The position numbers were made by a program, and so were the translations under genes. The notes beneath the pieces were generated by a model that was given only the letters and a program-made list of their open reading frames with translations, did not search any database and was not told the DNA's origin. From NCBI GenBank assembly GCA_963809485.1, contig CAWEJX010000006.1, positions 352,001 through 416,000 on the forward strand: a stretch of 64,000 bases of DNA, given 5' to 3'. Below, piece by piece: positions 10,420-24,433 of this stretch (positions within the stretch are counted from its first letter, which is position 1; each line of letters begins with the position of its first letter). The stretch comes from an uncultured Acidobacteriota bacterium. GTDB lineage: Bacteria; Acidobacteriota; UBA6911.

Positions 10420-12303
10420 ATGAACAATGAGGATCAATTATTAACTCTGGAAGATGTGGCTGATCGCCTGAAAATTTCGGTCAGTACTGTACGCAGATGG
10501 GTAAAATCTAATGAATTGCGGTCGATTAAGATAGGCAATCGTGGCCAATACCGCATTGGTTTGAGAGATCTCGAGGAATTCCTTGCCGAACAGGAGGCTC
10601 AACAGCCGGATACGACTACAGTGGCCACTCTCAAGCGCGGCAGAGAATGGCGGCAGGCCGTCGACTGGGCGCGTTCCCATACCAAATACATTGTGATCAC
10701 GGGGGGCGTCATCTCGGGTTTGGGCAAGGGTATCGCTGCTGCCTCCATCGGGAAGCTGCTCAATTCGCGTCTCATGATTGTCCCCATCAAGTGCGACGGG
10801 TACCTCAACACAGACCCGGGAACCATGAATCCGATCGAGCATGGCGAGGTTTTCGTCCTGGACGACGGCGGTGAAGTGGACATGGACTTCGGCCATTACG
10901 AACGCTTTCTGGGAGTGACCTGCCGGTTTGAGTGGAACCTGACCATGGGCAAGGTCTACAAAACAATCCTGGATCAGGAACGGGAGGGTTTTTATCTCGG
11001 CCAGACCGTACAGCTGATCCCGCACGTGACGGACGTGATCAAGGAATGGTTCTACGAAATTCCCGGGCGCCTGCAGGCGGACATCGGCCTGATCGAGATC
11101 GGCGGCACGGTCGGCGACATGGAGAATGAACTGTATCTGGAGGCGGTGCGGCAACTGCGCCAGGAAGTGGGCGAGGCGAACGTGCTGTTTGTCCACGTGA
11201 CTTACATCCCCGTTCCGGCTGGGGTGGAAGAGCAGAAATCCAAGCCGACGCAGCAGTCGGTCAAGCTGCTTAATGAGCGCGGCATCCGGCCGGACGTTAT
11301 CATCGGCCGCTGCAGCGAGCGGCTGACCGAGAAGATCAAGCAGAAGATCGCCCTTTTCTGCAACATCGACAAAACCGCCGTAATCTCCGGTCTCGATGTG
11401 CCGTCCGTGTACCAGATCCCGCTGGTTTTCGAAGAGGAAGGTTTGACCGAAATCGTCCACAAGCGGCTCACCATCTATTCGCCGCCGCAGTTGCTGGAAT
11501 GGCGCAACCTGGTCGACCGGCTTTTGTCGCCGACCGGGCCGGTGATCCGGGTGGCGATTTGCGGCAAATACACGAACCTGCACGATTCTTATGCCAGCGT
11601 GATCGAGGCGGTGCGGCACAGCGGGGCGCATATAGACGGCCAGGTGGAAATTGACTGGCTGGACACGGCGGAGCTGGAGCGAAACAGCGGTTCTTGCGCC
11701 GAATTCCTGCGCAAGGTGGACGCGGTCATTGTTCCCGGCGGCTTCGGCACTCGCGGCATCGAGGGCAAGATCCAGGTGATCCGCTACTGCCGCGAGAACG
11801 GCATCCCTTTTCTGGGCATCTGCTACGGCATGCAGCTGGCGGTTGTGGAATATGCCCGGCATGTGGTCGGTCTGCCGGGCGCACACACAACGGAAGCGGC
11901 CGAAGACGGTTTTGAAGTCGCCGATCCGGTGGTGTGCATCCTTCCCGAGCAGGTCGGAGTCACGCAGAAGGGGGGGACCATGCGATTGGGCGGCCACAAT
12001 ATCGTGCTCAAGGAGAATTCGCGCGCTGCCCGGCTTTATAAAAGCGGGAAAATCCGGGAGCGCTTCCGTCACCGCTACGAGGTTAATCCCGACTATGTGG
12101 CGCGCCTTGAAAAAGCCGGCATGGTGTTCTCGGGCCACGACCCTACCGGCACGATCATGCAGGTCATGGAGCTGCCGAATCATCCCTGTTTCCTGGCGTG
12201 TCAATTCCATCCCGAGCTGACCTCCAAGCTGGAGGAGCCGGCTCCGTTGTTCCGCGAGTTGATTCGCGTCGCTTTTGATAGAAAAAAAGTGCTTCCGGCT
12301 TAG
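10420..12303 (+). CDS. pyrG: CTP synthase with N-terminal excisionase-like (HTH_17/MerR-type) DNA-binding domain
   Basis: '[38 protein letters not shown]' HTH, then '[17 protein letters not shown]', 'KSKPTQQSV', 'GICYGMQ', 'RHRYEVN', 'QFHPEL'. Confidence 0.95.
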   Translation: MNNEDQLLTLEDVADRLKISVSTVRRWVKSNELRSIKIGNRGQYRIGLRDLEEFLAEQEAQQPDTTTVATLKRGREWRQAVDWARSHTKYIVITGGVISGLGKGIAAASIGKLLNSRLMIVPIKCDGYLNTDPGTMNPIEHGEVFVLDDGGEVDMDFGHYERFLGVTCRFEWNLTMGKVYKTILDQEREGFYLGQTVQLIPHVTDVIKEWFYEIPGRLQADIGLIEIGGTVGDMENELYLEAVRQLRQEVGEANVLFVHVTYIPVPAGVEEQKSKPTQQSVKLLNERGIRPDVIIGRCSERLTEKIKQKIALFCNIDKTAVISGLDVPSVYQIPLVFEEEGLTEIVHKRLTIYSPPQLLEWRNLVDRLLSPTGPVIRVAICGKYTNLHDSYASVIEAVRHSGAHIDGQVEIDWLDTAELERNSGSCAEFLRKVDAVIVPGGFGTRGIEGKIQVIRYCRENGIPFLGICYGMQLAVVEYARHVVGLPGAHTTEAAEDGFEVADPVVCILPEQVGVTQKGGTMRLGGHNIVLKENSRAARLYKSGKIRERFRHRYEVNPDYVARLEKAGMVFSGHDPTGTIMQVMELPNHPCFLACQFHPELTSKLEEPAPLFRELIRVAFDRKKVLPA

Positions 12304-12311
12304 GGGTACCG

Positions 12312-13445
12312 ATGCAAAAACGAATGCAGGCAATGCTGGCGCTGGCCGACGGCCGCGCCTTTTCCGGCTGGTCTGTGGGTGCGGCCGGCGAAACCCTGGG
12401 CGAGGTGGTTTTCAACACCTCTCTGATGGGCTACCAGGAGGTCCTCACCGATCCCTCGTACCGCGGGCAGATCGTGACCATGACCTACCCGTTGATCGGC
12501 AACTATGGGCTGAATGCCGAAGACGCGGAGGCAAACCGGGTTTTCCTGGCCGGCTTCATAGTGCGTGAGGACTGCCCGACTCCCAGCAGCTGGCGCAGCC
12601 GCACCAGCCTGCACCAGTACCTGTGTCGGCACGGCATTGCGGGCATCGCCGGCATAGACACGCGGGCCCTGACGCGCCACCTGCGCGAGCAGGGCGCCCA
12701 AACGGGCATCATTTCCACTCTGGACCTGAATCCGAAATCGCTGGCCCGGCGAGCCGCGCAGTATCCGACCCTGGACAACCGCGACCTCGTTCGGGAAGTC
12801 ACCTGCGCGGCGCCATACGGCTGGAGCCAGACAACCTGGTCCATGAACGCGGAGAGCATTCCTCCGGCCGCACAGGATGCCGGCAAATATTACGTGGTCG
12901 CATACGACTACGGAATCAAGCACAACATACTGCGCAACCTGGTGCGGGTCGGCTGCCGGGTGGAGGTTGTGCCGGCGTCGACGCCGGCCGCGTCCGTGCT
13001 GGCCAGGAATCCCGACGGCGTTTTCCTCAGCAACGGTCCGGGCGATCCCTCTGCCGTCGATTATGCCATTGCGGAGGTGAAGAAGCTTTTGGGCCGCAAG
13101 CCGGTCTTTGGCATCTGCCTGGGCCATCAGATTCTCTGCCTGGCTTTGGGCGGAAAGACATACAAACTCAAATACGGCCATCACGGCGGCAACCAGCCGG
13201 TGATGGACCTGACGACGCAGAAGGTGGAGATCACGGCCCAGAATCATGGCTATGCCGTCGACATCGATTCGATGGGCGGAGACGTGGTGTGCACACACCT
13301 GAACCTGAACGACCGGACGGTGGAGGGCATGGCCCACCGGCGGTTGCCGGTCTTCTCGGTGCAATATCACCCGGAGGCATCGCCCGGGCCGCACGATGCA
13401 AGCTACCTGTTTGCCCGGTTTGTGGACTTGATGAAGAACCGTTGA
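12312..13445 (+). CDS. carA: Carbamoyl-phosphate synthase small subunit
   Basis: '[21 protein letters not shown]', 'SNGPGDP', 'GICLGHQ', '[12 protein letters not shown]'. Confidence 0.97.
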   Translation: MQKRMQAMLALADGRAFSGWSVGAAGETLGEVVFNTSLMGYQEVLTDPSYRGQIVTMTYPLIGNYGLNAEDAEANRVFLAGFIVREDCPTPSSWRSRTSLHQYLCRHGIAGIAGIDTRALTRHLREQGAQTGIISTLDLNPKSLARRAAQYPTLDNRDLVREVTCAAPYGWSQTTWSMNAESIPPAAQDAGKYYVVAYDYGIKHNILRNLVRVGCRVEVVPASTPAASVLARNPDGVFLSNGPGDPSAVDYAIAEVKKLLGRKPVFGICLGHQILCLALGGKTYKLKYGHHGGNQPVMDLTTQKVEITAQNHGYAVDIDSMGGDVVCTHLNLNDRTVEGMAHRRLPVFSVQYHPEASPGPHDASYLFARFVDLMKNR

Positions 13446-13524
13446 TCTCCTCCGGGAAGAAAGATTCCACGGATATAAAAAGTTTGTTTGCATCCGCCTG
13501 TTCATGAAATGAACGGAGCCACAT

Positions 13525-16768
<3,244 letters not shown>

Positions 16769-16773
<5 letters not shown>

Positions 16774-16831
16774 CGAATTGCGATTGACGATTGGAAACAG
16801 ACAGTGTTGTTCAATCGTCAATCGTCAATTG
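16769..16831. repeat. Inverted heptamer-repeat hairpin between convergent genes
   Basis: gattgacgattg ... caatcgtcaatcgtcaatt. Confidence 0.65.
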
Positions 16832-16849
16832 TTATGCCTCGGCGGTCCT

Positions 16850-17620
16850 TCAAAAGGTAATGCCGTAATAGACGAAGAAATACCGGTTCCTGGCAGCGTT
16901 GCCTTCCTCCCAGCTGTCATTGCCGATGCTGTAGCCGGCATTCAACAATCCGTTTCGCGGGAGCACGATCGAGATGCCCGGCGTGAAATATCCGAACCCA
17001 TTCTTTCCGCTGAACCAGTCGGCCACAATGCTGACCGTTTTATTCGCCGGCTGCTCGTATCCCAGAATCACGCCTGCGCGCGGACCCAAAAAGCTCACCG
17101 GTCCTTCAGCGGGATCCTGGTTTGCGGACACAATGCCATACGGGCCGGCGTGAAAACGCGGGCCGTAATCCCCCGACTTAATCTTCTTGCTGACCAGGCC
17201 GTAGATCAGGCCCCAGCTGTCCTGGCCGCTGCGGTTGTTGAGGGGAGTGTTCAGCAGGCCGCCGACTGCCATGGCGACCCCGGCGTCTTCGCTACTGTAG
17301 AACTTCCACTTTGCATTGGGCTGAATGAATCCGCTGGTTGCGGAGTCACCGGAAAATCTTGTGTTGTAGAGCGGGAAGTTCACTCCGAATTCGAGGTTGG
17401 CGGGTCCGCCGATCACCGTTCGGGGATTGTAGAGGTATGTCCGGGAAACACCGGTCCCGGGCAACTGCATCAGAAAGTCGAATTCCGCATATACTTTGCC
17501 CTGGGCTGCGGTATCCGTAGTCGGGATATTGAAAATTGTGGACTGGGCCAGGGCATGGCCTCCGGACAAAACCGATATTATGACTGCCAATCCGAGCAAC
17601 ACTCTGCATATTTTCGCCAC
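16850..17620 (-). CDS. Predicted outer-membrane beta-barrel protein, unknown family
   Basis: GTG start at 17620; signal peptide ending 'HALAQ'; alternating amphipathic strands; C-terminal 'YFFVYYGITF' beta-signal. Confidence 0.75.
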   Translation of the reverse strand: MAKICRVLLGLAVIISVLSGGHALAQSTIFNIPTTDTAAQGKVYAEFDFLMQLPGTGVSRTYLYNPRTVIGGPANLEFGVNFPLYNTRFSGDSATSGFIQPNAKWKFYSSEDAGVAMAVGGLLNTPLNNRSGQDSWGLIYGLVSKKIKSGDYGPRFHAGPYGIVSANQDPAEGPVSFLGPRAGVILGYEQPANKTVSIVADWFSGKNGFGYFTPGISIVLPRNGLLNAGYSIGNDSWEEGNAARNRYFFVYYGITF

Positions 17621-17763
17621 TGCAATCCGCCTTTCTTGAATGTGAGACATAGGTGTGTCCGGAAGCAGGATGAGCAAGGGGTTCAGCAGTCCCTTTATTC
17701 TCTTTGAGGGATGAATCCGCTCTGCAAATCGCCTCCCTCTCTCCCGGGCGCCGGATTTTCTTC

Positions 17764-17780
17764 TGCAAATTCCATTCCAG
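17764..17780 (-). promoter_or_regulatory. Sigma-54 -24/-12 promoter for the outer-membrane protein gene
   Basis: Minus strand ctGGaatggaatttGCa. Confidence 0.65.
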
Positions 17781-17884
17781 TAGACAGCAGCCCGAAATGG
17801 GCGGCCGGTGCATCCCGTTCCCGATTTGAAGGATGGATGCCTTTTTCGACGACATGGAATGCGAAGATCAGACAAAGCATTTCT

Positions 17885-17926
17885 TGCTTTTATGTAGGGT
17901 ATTTCTATAAATAATACAAAAATGGA
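17885..17926. promoter_or_regulatory. Degenerate paired TACA-N4-TGTA sites
   Basis: tgcttttatgta (17885) and tacaaaaatgga (17915), 30 bp apart. Confidence 0.45.
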
Positions 17927-18030
17927 ACTATTGATGCATCCCCTCGTGTTTCCCGGAGTCTTTGAATCCGTGCGGTGGATTTCAGGGCGGCCGCCCGGAA
18001 TTGGGCGCTTCCGCTCAAGATTCATTAGTC

Positions 18031-18072
18031 TACATATATGTATCAAAATATAGCCAAATCTACATTATTGTA
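18031..18072. promoter_or_regulatory. Paired TACA-N4-TGTA sites (putative UAS for amtB)
   Basis: tacatatatgta (18031) and tacattattgta (18061), 30 bp apart; the second is identical to the glnA site. Confidence 0.7.
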
Positions 18073-18186
18073 GCATGCTTTTTGTTGCTTCCCTCCTGTC
18101 CGCTCGCCCGACTTCTGCGAGGTAAACATTTGTTAATGGGCATTTTATGGTGCCTGCGGGGAAGAAATGGCAGTTGCCTTCGCAGG

Positions 18187-18203
18187 TTGGCATGCCTATT
18201 GCA
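18187..18203 (+). promoter_or_regulatory. Sigma-54 -24/-12 promoter for amtB-glnK
   Basis: ttGGcatgcctattGCa, near consensus. Confidence 0.8.
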
Positions 18204-18236
18204 GTGAAAGCATCGCTGAAAGGAGAAACGAAGACA

Positions 18237-19565
18237 ATGAAGTCAAAAATGCTTACCATACTGGCGATTGCACTTGTTCTGACCGTGATCCTGACCTACC
18301 TGGCCAGTTCGGGCAGGATTGCACCGAGCGGAGATGTCGGCAAGCTGAATGCCGCGGACTCGGCATGGGTTTCCGTGGCTGCAGCCCTGGTGATGCTTAT
18401 GACGCCGGCATTGGGATTTTTTTACGGCGGCCTCGTGCGGCAAAAGAATGTGGTTTCCACCATTATGCAGTGTGTCATCATTTTCGCCATTTCAACCGGT
18501 GTCTGGACCCTGTGGGGCTACAGTCTGGCCTTTGCGCCGACCCAGGGCGGTTTTATCGGCGGATTGAAATATGCTTTTCTTCACGGGGTCGGCGCTGCGC
18601 CGGATGAAGCCTATGCCGCAACGATACCCGGGTCGCTGTTTTACTTCTTCCAGCTGAAATTCGCCGCGATCACTCCGGCGCTCATCATCGGCGCCTTCGC
18701 CGAACGCATACGTTTCCGGTCGCTGATCGTGTTCGTCGTCCTGTGGACGACCGTCGTCTATGCGCCGGCGGCGCATTGGGTTTGGGGCGTAGGCGGCTGG
18801 TTGCGCAATATGGGGGCTCTGGATTTCGCCGGCGGAACGGTTGTGCACGTGCTGGCGGGGGTTTCCGCGCTCGGGTCGGCCATGGTCATCGGCCCGCGCC
18901 ATAAAGGCGCCCATGGAGCGCGTCCCAGCAATGTTCCTTTCGTTATACTCGGCGCGGCGCTGCTCTGGTTCGGCTGGTTCGGCTTCAACGCCGGCAGCGC
19001 CCTGGCCATGAACGGCGTGGCCGTGAATGCCCTGGTTACGACCAATATTGCGGCCGCGTTTGCGGCCCTGAGCTGGATGGCCGTGGACTGGACCCTTTGG
19101 GGCAAGCCTTCGGCAACCGGCGCTGCCACAGGCGCGGTGTGCGGATTGGTGGCGATTACGCCGGCCGCAGGCTATGTCGACTCGACGGCGGCCGTCATTA
19201 TCGGCCTTCTTGTCGGAATGATCTGCAGTTTCGCCGTCGTGTTGCTGGATCGCACCAAACTGGACGACACGCTGGATGTCTTTGCCTGCCATGGCATGGG
19301 AGGAATTTTCGGCGCCATCGCGACCGGATTTTTCGCTCAAAAATTCATCAATCCCGCCGGAGCGGACGGGTTGCTTTACGGCAACCCGAAGCAGGTCCTG
19401 ATCCAGATTGCCGCGGTCGCAGCCACAGCGATTTGGGGATTCGTGATGTCCATCGTGCTGCTCAAGATCATTGACCGGATCATGGGTCTTCGGGTTACGG
19501 CCGAGGAGGAAGAGGTGGGTCTGGATCTTTCACAGCACGGAGAGAGCGCTTACAGCGCCGATTAA
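18237..19565 (+). CDS. amtB: Ammonium transporter
   Basis: 'LDFAGGTVVH', 'LLWFGWFGFNAGS', 'LDDTLDVFACHG', 'GLDLSQHGESAY'. Confidence 0.96.
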   Translation: MKSKMLTILAIALVLTVILTYLASSGRIAPSGDVGKLNAADSAWVSVAAALVMLMTPALGFFYGGLVRQKNVVSTIMQCVIIFAISTGVWTLWGYSLAFAPTQGGFIGGLKYAFLHGVGAAPDEAYAATIPGSLFYFFQLKFAAITPALIIGAFAERIRFRSLIVFVVLWTTVVYAPAAHWVWGVGGWLRNMGALDFAGGTVVHVLAGVSALGSAMVIGPRHKGAHGARPSNVPFVILGAALLWFGWFGFNAGSALAMNGVAVNALVTTNIAAAFAALSWMAVDWTLWGKPSATGAATGAVCGLVAITPAAGYVDSTAAVIIGLLVGMICSFAVVLLDRTKLDDTLDVFACHGMGGIFGAIATGFFAQKFINPAGADGLLYGNPKQVLIQIAAVAATAIWGFVMSIVLLKIIDRIMGLRVTAEEEEVGLDLSQHGESAYSAD

Positions 19566-19654
19566 GGATTGTGGTATCGCACCGGTGTCAACGAATCAAT
19601 GAATGACGCCCAAAGCGCAAATATCGAACCAGGGTTTAATTGAGGAACAACATC

Positions 19655-19993
19655 ATGAAACTGATTCTGTCGATCATACGGCCTCATCGCCTTCAGGATG
19701 TAAAAGAAGCACTCTCACAAATCGGAGTCGCCGGGCTGACGGTGACGGATGTGCGGGGAGCAGGCAGGCAGAAGGGCCAGGTAGAGCGATATCGCGGTTC
19801 GGAATACAGCATCGATCTTCTGGCAAAATGCAAGATCGAGGTTGCCGTCACCGATGACCAGTGCGAAGAGGTTATCCAGGCGATACGAAAAAGCGCCTAT
19901 TCGGGGGAAATTGGAGACGGCAAGATTTTCATACTTCCGCTCCAGGATGCCATGCGCATTCGCACCGGTGAAAGGGGAGAAGACTCCCTCTAG
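19655..19993 (+). CDS. glnK: PII nitrogen regulatory protein
   Basis: 'GRQKGQVERYRGSEY' with the Tyr51 equivalent, 'GEIGDGKIF', 'RIRTGE'; adjacent to amtB. Confidence 0.95.
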   Translation: MKLILSIIRPHRLQDVKEALSQIGVAGLTVTDVRGAGRQKGQVERYRGSEYSIDLLAKCKIEVAVTDDQCEEVIQAIRKSAYSGEIGDGKIFILPLQDAMRIRTGERGEDSL

Positions 19994-20061
19994 CCGGGAC
20001 GAGGGCTCTCTGTGCCCGGACCCTGATCCGTAATTGGATTTTTCGTGAGGACAGGTCTCCA

Positions 20062-20118
20062 GGGACCGTCTCAAAACTACTTTCGCAAGATCCTCGCCGG
20101 CAGTTTTGAGACAGTCTC
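20062..20118. mobile_element. 57-bp MITE-like element
   Basis: 17-bp terminal inverted repeats (gggaccgtctcaaaact vs gagactgtctcaaaact, 15/17) flanked by a TCCA direct repeat. Confidence 0.65.
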
Positions 20119-20180
20119 TCCAGACCCGTTCGGCTAACGGTACCTTTCAAGGCTGAACGGGCGCGTGCTTCCGGACTGCC

Positions 20181-22752
20181 ATGAATAAAAAAATCGAGCT
20201 GCTTCAGCACAAATTCCGTGAAGGGCGGTCGGAATTGTTCCGCCACGTGACATGGAATGCGCCGTGCCATGTTCTGCTCGAGGCCCACGCATCGCTCGTC
20301 GATGGACTTGTACATGAAATCTACCAAATCTCCTGCGAGGCCGCGGACCGCAAGACTGCCCGTTCATCAAATTCGGGTCTGGCCATCGTGGCCACCGGCA
20401 GCTACGGAAGAAGGGAGCTGAATCCCTATTCCGACATCGACATCGCCTTCATCCCATCGGAGGAGGAGGATCCCTGGGTTGAGGCCCTGGTACACACGGC
20501 CTTCAGACTGGTTATGGATGTATTCCTCTCTCTTCGCGATGTCCATGTGGGGTATTCGTTCCGACCTGTGGCCGAGGCAAGCGCGTGGGACGTGCCAACC
20601 AAAACGGCCCTTCTTGATCTGCGGCACATTTGTGGGGACCGCCCCCTGGCGGACAGGCTGGCGAGTCGGATCCTTGGGGTGCTGTCGCCTTTGGACCTCA
20701 TGCTCGAATCCCGGCCCGCAGGCGGGCCGCAACAAAATTCGCGCCCCTGCCTCTATTCGGTGGAACCCAATCTGAAAGAGGGGCCGGGTTCACTGCGGGA
20801 CCTGCATCGTGCCCGATGGATATTCAGACTGCTTCCTGCATCGAATAACCTTAAGCTCGACCAGGCGCTCGAGGACCGCGCAGGCATATCAAAACAGCAG
20901 CTTGCAGAAGTCCGTGATGCCGCGGAGTGGTTCTGGCGCGCCCGGACCTGGCTCCATCTTGCTGCCGGCAGGCTTTCGGATGTGCTGATCACGAACTATC
21001 AGGACCGGATCGCGCGCGAATTGGATGGCTGTACGGCCCAGGAGTGGCTTTCGCGCCATCTGGCCCATTCCGAAACGTTGGCCAGGTTTCGGGAAACGGC
21101 GGTGCGAGCATTGCTTCAAGGCCCGCTGACGGTGAATGGATCTGTTTTGGAAAATGGGTCCCTTCACCTGCAGGAAAAATTCTCCGTATCCGGCGCATGC
21201 AACAGGCATGTTCCTTGTTGCGCAGCGCTATTCGCTCCCCGTGAGCCTGAAGGACCTGAATCGACTGGAGGAAGAGAGAGCCAGTGCCCTGAGAATCCAG
21301 GAACCTTCCCGTGAAGAGGTCCGGGCATTCAATCAGATCCTTGGTGAGAGCCATGGGATTTCTTCTACGCTGCGGCTGCTGTCGAGGTTTGGAATCCTGG
21401 ATCGGTTCATTCCGAACTATTCGGAAGTCATGCGCTTCGTGCCTCCGGATCCCGCCCACCGTCATACTGTGGGTGAGCATTCGATGCGCATTGTCGAACA
21501 CCTCGAAAACCTTCGGGCGGGGCGGGATCCGGCAGGGCAGCGCTTCTCGGACTTGCTCGGCGAGTGTGCGCATTTCGATATGCTTTGCCTGGCCGCATTG
21601 CTTCACGATGCCGGGAAACTGGTGCCGGCAAAGGATCACTGCCGCGCCGGCGCAGAGCTGGCAAATTCGGTTTCGGCCAGACTGAATCTCGCTCCCGAAA
21701 AGCAGGAGATCCTCGAAATCCTGGTTCGTCAGCACCTGCTGCTCGTCCGCACGGCAAGGCTTCACGATCTGAAATCGACCCACGTCATCCGGAAGGCGGC
21801 GGCGCAGGTGCCCAGTCTCGAGGCATTGCGGCATCTCTATGTCTTCACGTATGTCGACAACGGCGCGGTGGCCGAAAACAACTGGACCTCGATGGATCTG
21901 AGAGACCTGGAGGACCTTTACGGGAAATTGAAGGATTATGTCGCACGCCGCTCCGATGAAGCTCCCGATTTGAATGGACAGGAGGATCGGAGCGTCTCGA
22001 TCCGCAAAAAACTGACCGCACTTCAGGCCCGGAATGAAACCGCCGTTCTGAAGCACTGCGATGCAATGCCGGCCGGTTATGTTCTCAACACCCCTTTGGA
22101 AGAGATCGCCTTCCATCTGCAGCTTCTGGACAGGCTCGAAACTGAAGGTGTTGTGTTTGACTTCTACAATCGGCCGGGGGATGACTACTCAGAACTCACC
22201 GTCTGCACGCTGGATGATCCAAGGCCCGGCATGCTGGCAAAAATTGCAGGGGTTCTCTATGGATGCAATGTGGATATTCACAAAGCCCAGGCTTTCACCA
22301 TCCGGAAACAGAAGCCCGTAGTTCTGGATACGCTCTGGATCCGATCCAATGGGATGCAGATTTCAGAAAGCAAAGCCCGGAGAATCCGGTCCGCGCTCAA
22401 AGAAGTCCTGACAGGCGCCAAAACCATCGATAATTTTCTCAAGCTGGCGGGAAAGACGCCGCCCGGCGGCATTGTGCTGGATGCCATCGATCTGCACAAC
22501 GATCTTTCTGAAGAGCACACGGTGGTCCACATCGTGGCGCACGACCTGCAGGGCCTCCTCTATTTAATGACGCGAAGCCTGTCGCGTTGCGGGCTGGATA
22601 TCCATTCTGCCAAAATCACCACGTGGAACGCGCGCGCCGAAAACAACTTTTACGTCACATCAATCACCGGCGGTCAGATACCCGATGAAGATTTGCAGGC
22701 ATGGACCAACACGCTTGCCCGGGTATTGAGGGGCGATGCCTTTGGAGCCTGA
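20181..22752 (+). CDS. glnD: PII uridylyltransferase/uridylyl-removing enzyme (frameshift near 21177)
   Basis: 'GSYGRRELNPYSDID', 'EPNLKEGPGSLRDL', HD domain 'HTVGEHS..LLHDAGK', two ACT domains; break at an A-run. Confidence 0.93.
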
Positions 22753-22959
22753 ATCGTCGGCAGTTTCAAATCTTCTGGGTATTGTCGTTTGTGATTTGGG
22801 CAATCAAAGCCCTCATCGTCATTGTGCTCTATCGCCAAGGCGTCCATGCTTGAAAACCTGGAGATCAAGAACCACATTCGGCGGCTGCGGTTTGATACAA
22901 GCTATTTGCGACGGCAATGATGTAGAATAAACAAAACCCGAAAAATCAGGAGGCAAAGA

Positions 22960-23940
22960 ATGGCGGAATTCAAACCAAACTACATCATCACAGAGATGAA
23001 GAAGAACGTCGTGCTGGCCTGGGGGCGTCCGAACACACCTCTCGATGAATATATCCCCGGCCAGAATCGATCTATGGAGCACGTGCTATATATAGACGGC
23101 GATGTGGAACCCGGCACTTTTTACTCCGAGTGCCTCTGGTTTCTTTCACCGGATAAGGTCCACCCCGAGGCTGCAAGGAAGAATGCCGAAATGATGAAAA
23201 CCCTGAAGCCCGGGCAAAAAATCGGGCCGCAGCCGCATATTCATCCGTTTGACGAGATTTTTACCTTTTTCGGCAGCAATTTTGACGATCCTTCCGACCT
23301 GTGCGGTGAAATGGAGTTCTGGCTGGAAGACCAGCCGGTGACCTTCAACAAAAGCTGTATTGTTTATATCCCTGCCGGATTGAAGCATTGCCCGCTGAAT
23401 ACGAAGAGGATGGACAAGCCGCTCTTTCACTTCAGCATGGGATACACTTCTTCGTATGACCACACCGTGCTCCAGGATAAGGGCGGGAAATTCGCGGGCG
23501 AAAAGGACATGCTCAAGTATTTTGTCTTTCAGGACAAGGCGGACCGGAAAACTCCCGCTTACAGGCACAAAATCCCGGAAGGCTTTATAACCCGCGTAGC
23601 GCATCTTGACGCCGAGACTGTCCCGTGCTCCGAATTTCATGCTGAAACATCGTGGATATGGCCTCCGGAAAGGTCCGGGCTCAAAGAACAGGATGTTTGT
23701 TTTGTCGACAAACACAAGCATTCCTTCTCGGAAGTCATTGCATTTTTCGGGAGCGACCTCGATGACATCCACAACCTTCACGGAGAAGTGGAACTTTGGG
23801 TGGAAGGGAAGCCTTATAGCATAAAGAAGAGCTTCGCCGCGATCATTCCGGAAGGCGTGGAGCACGGGCCGCTGACGATCCGGAACGTCAAAAAGCCCAT
23901 TTTCCACTATACCGTCGGTCGCGCAAAATTGTACGCGTAG
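22960..23940 (+). CDS. Tandem-duplicated cupin (bicupin) protein
   Basis: Two repeats of HxH..E..FFGS..D..L.GE.E.W.E..IP.G..H.PL; AGGAGG RBS. Confidence 0.8.
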   Translation: MAEFKPNYIITEMKKNVVLAWGRPNTPLDEYIPGQNRSMEHVLYIDGDVEPGTFYSECLWFLSPDKVHPEAARKNAEMMKTLKPGQKIGPQPHIHPFDEIFTFFGSNFDDPSDLCGEMEFWLEDQPVTFNKSCIVYIPAGLKHCPLNTKRMDKPLFHFSMGYTSSYDHTVLQDKGGKFAGEKDMLKYFVFQDKADRKTPAYRHKIPEGFITRVAHLDAETVPCSEFHAETSWIWPPERSGLKEQDVCFVDKHKHSFSEVIAFFGSDLDDIHNLHGEVELWVEGKPYSIKKSFAAIIPEGVEHGPLTIRNVKKPIFHYTVGRAKLYA

Positions 23941-24115
23941 CTTCTCGGACGCCTGCTCATCCGCAATGATTTTTGGCGAGGATGGCCCGGAGAGGCTACC
24001 TCAAAGCTTGCGAGGGTGGCCGGAAGGCCGCCCCCAAAAAAACGAACGAGCGTAGTTTCGCACTCATGCGAACCGCTTCTATGCAAAATCCTGCCGGAAG
24101 CGCCGCGGAAACCCG

Positions 24116-24433
24116 TTACTCTATCGTCACCGCCGTACCGCTGGCGCTCACCATCAGCATGGTGCCCTTGCCGATCGTTTCATAGTCCAGGTCGACGCCG
24201 ACGATTGCATTGGCGCCCATCGCCTGTGCCTGCGCCCCCATCTCCTCGACCGCGATACTTTTGGCTTTGCGCAATTCATTTTCGTAGGATGCCGAACGGC
24301 CGCCGACGATATCCCGGATCCCCGCAAAGAAATCCCTGAAAATATTTGCGCCCAGGATGGCCTCGCCGCTTACGAGCCCGTGATATTTGAGAATCTTTTT
24401 CCCTTCGATTGAGGGCGTCGTTACTGTGAGCAT
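24116..24433 (-). CDS. ybjQ: YbjQ/UPF0145 family protein
   Basis: '[40 protein letters not shown]', 'VSASGTAV'. Confidence 0.92.
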   Translation of the reverse strand: MLTVTTPSIEGKKILKYHGLVSGEAILGANIFRDFFAGIRDIVGGRSASYENELRKAKSIAVEEMGAQAQAMGANAIVGVDLDYETIGKGTMLMVSASGTAVTIE

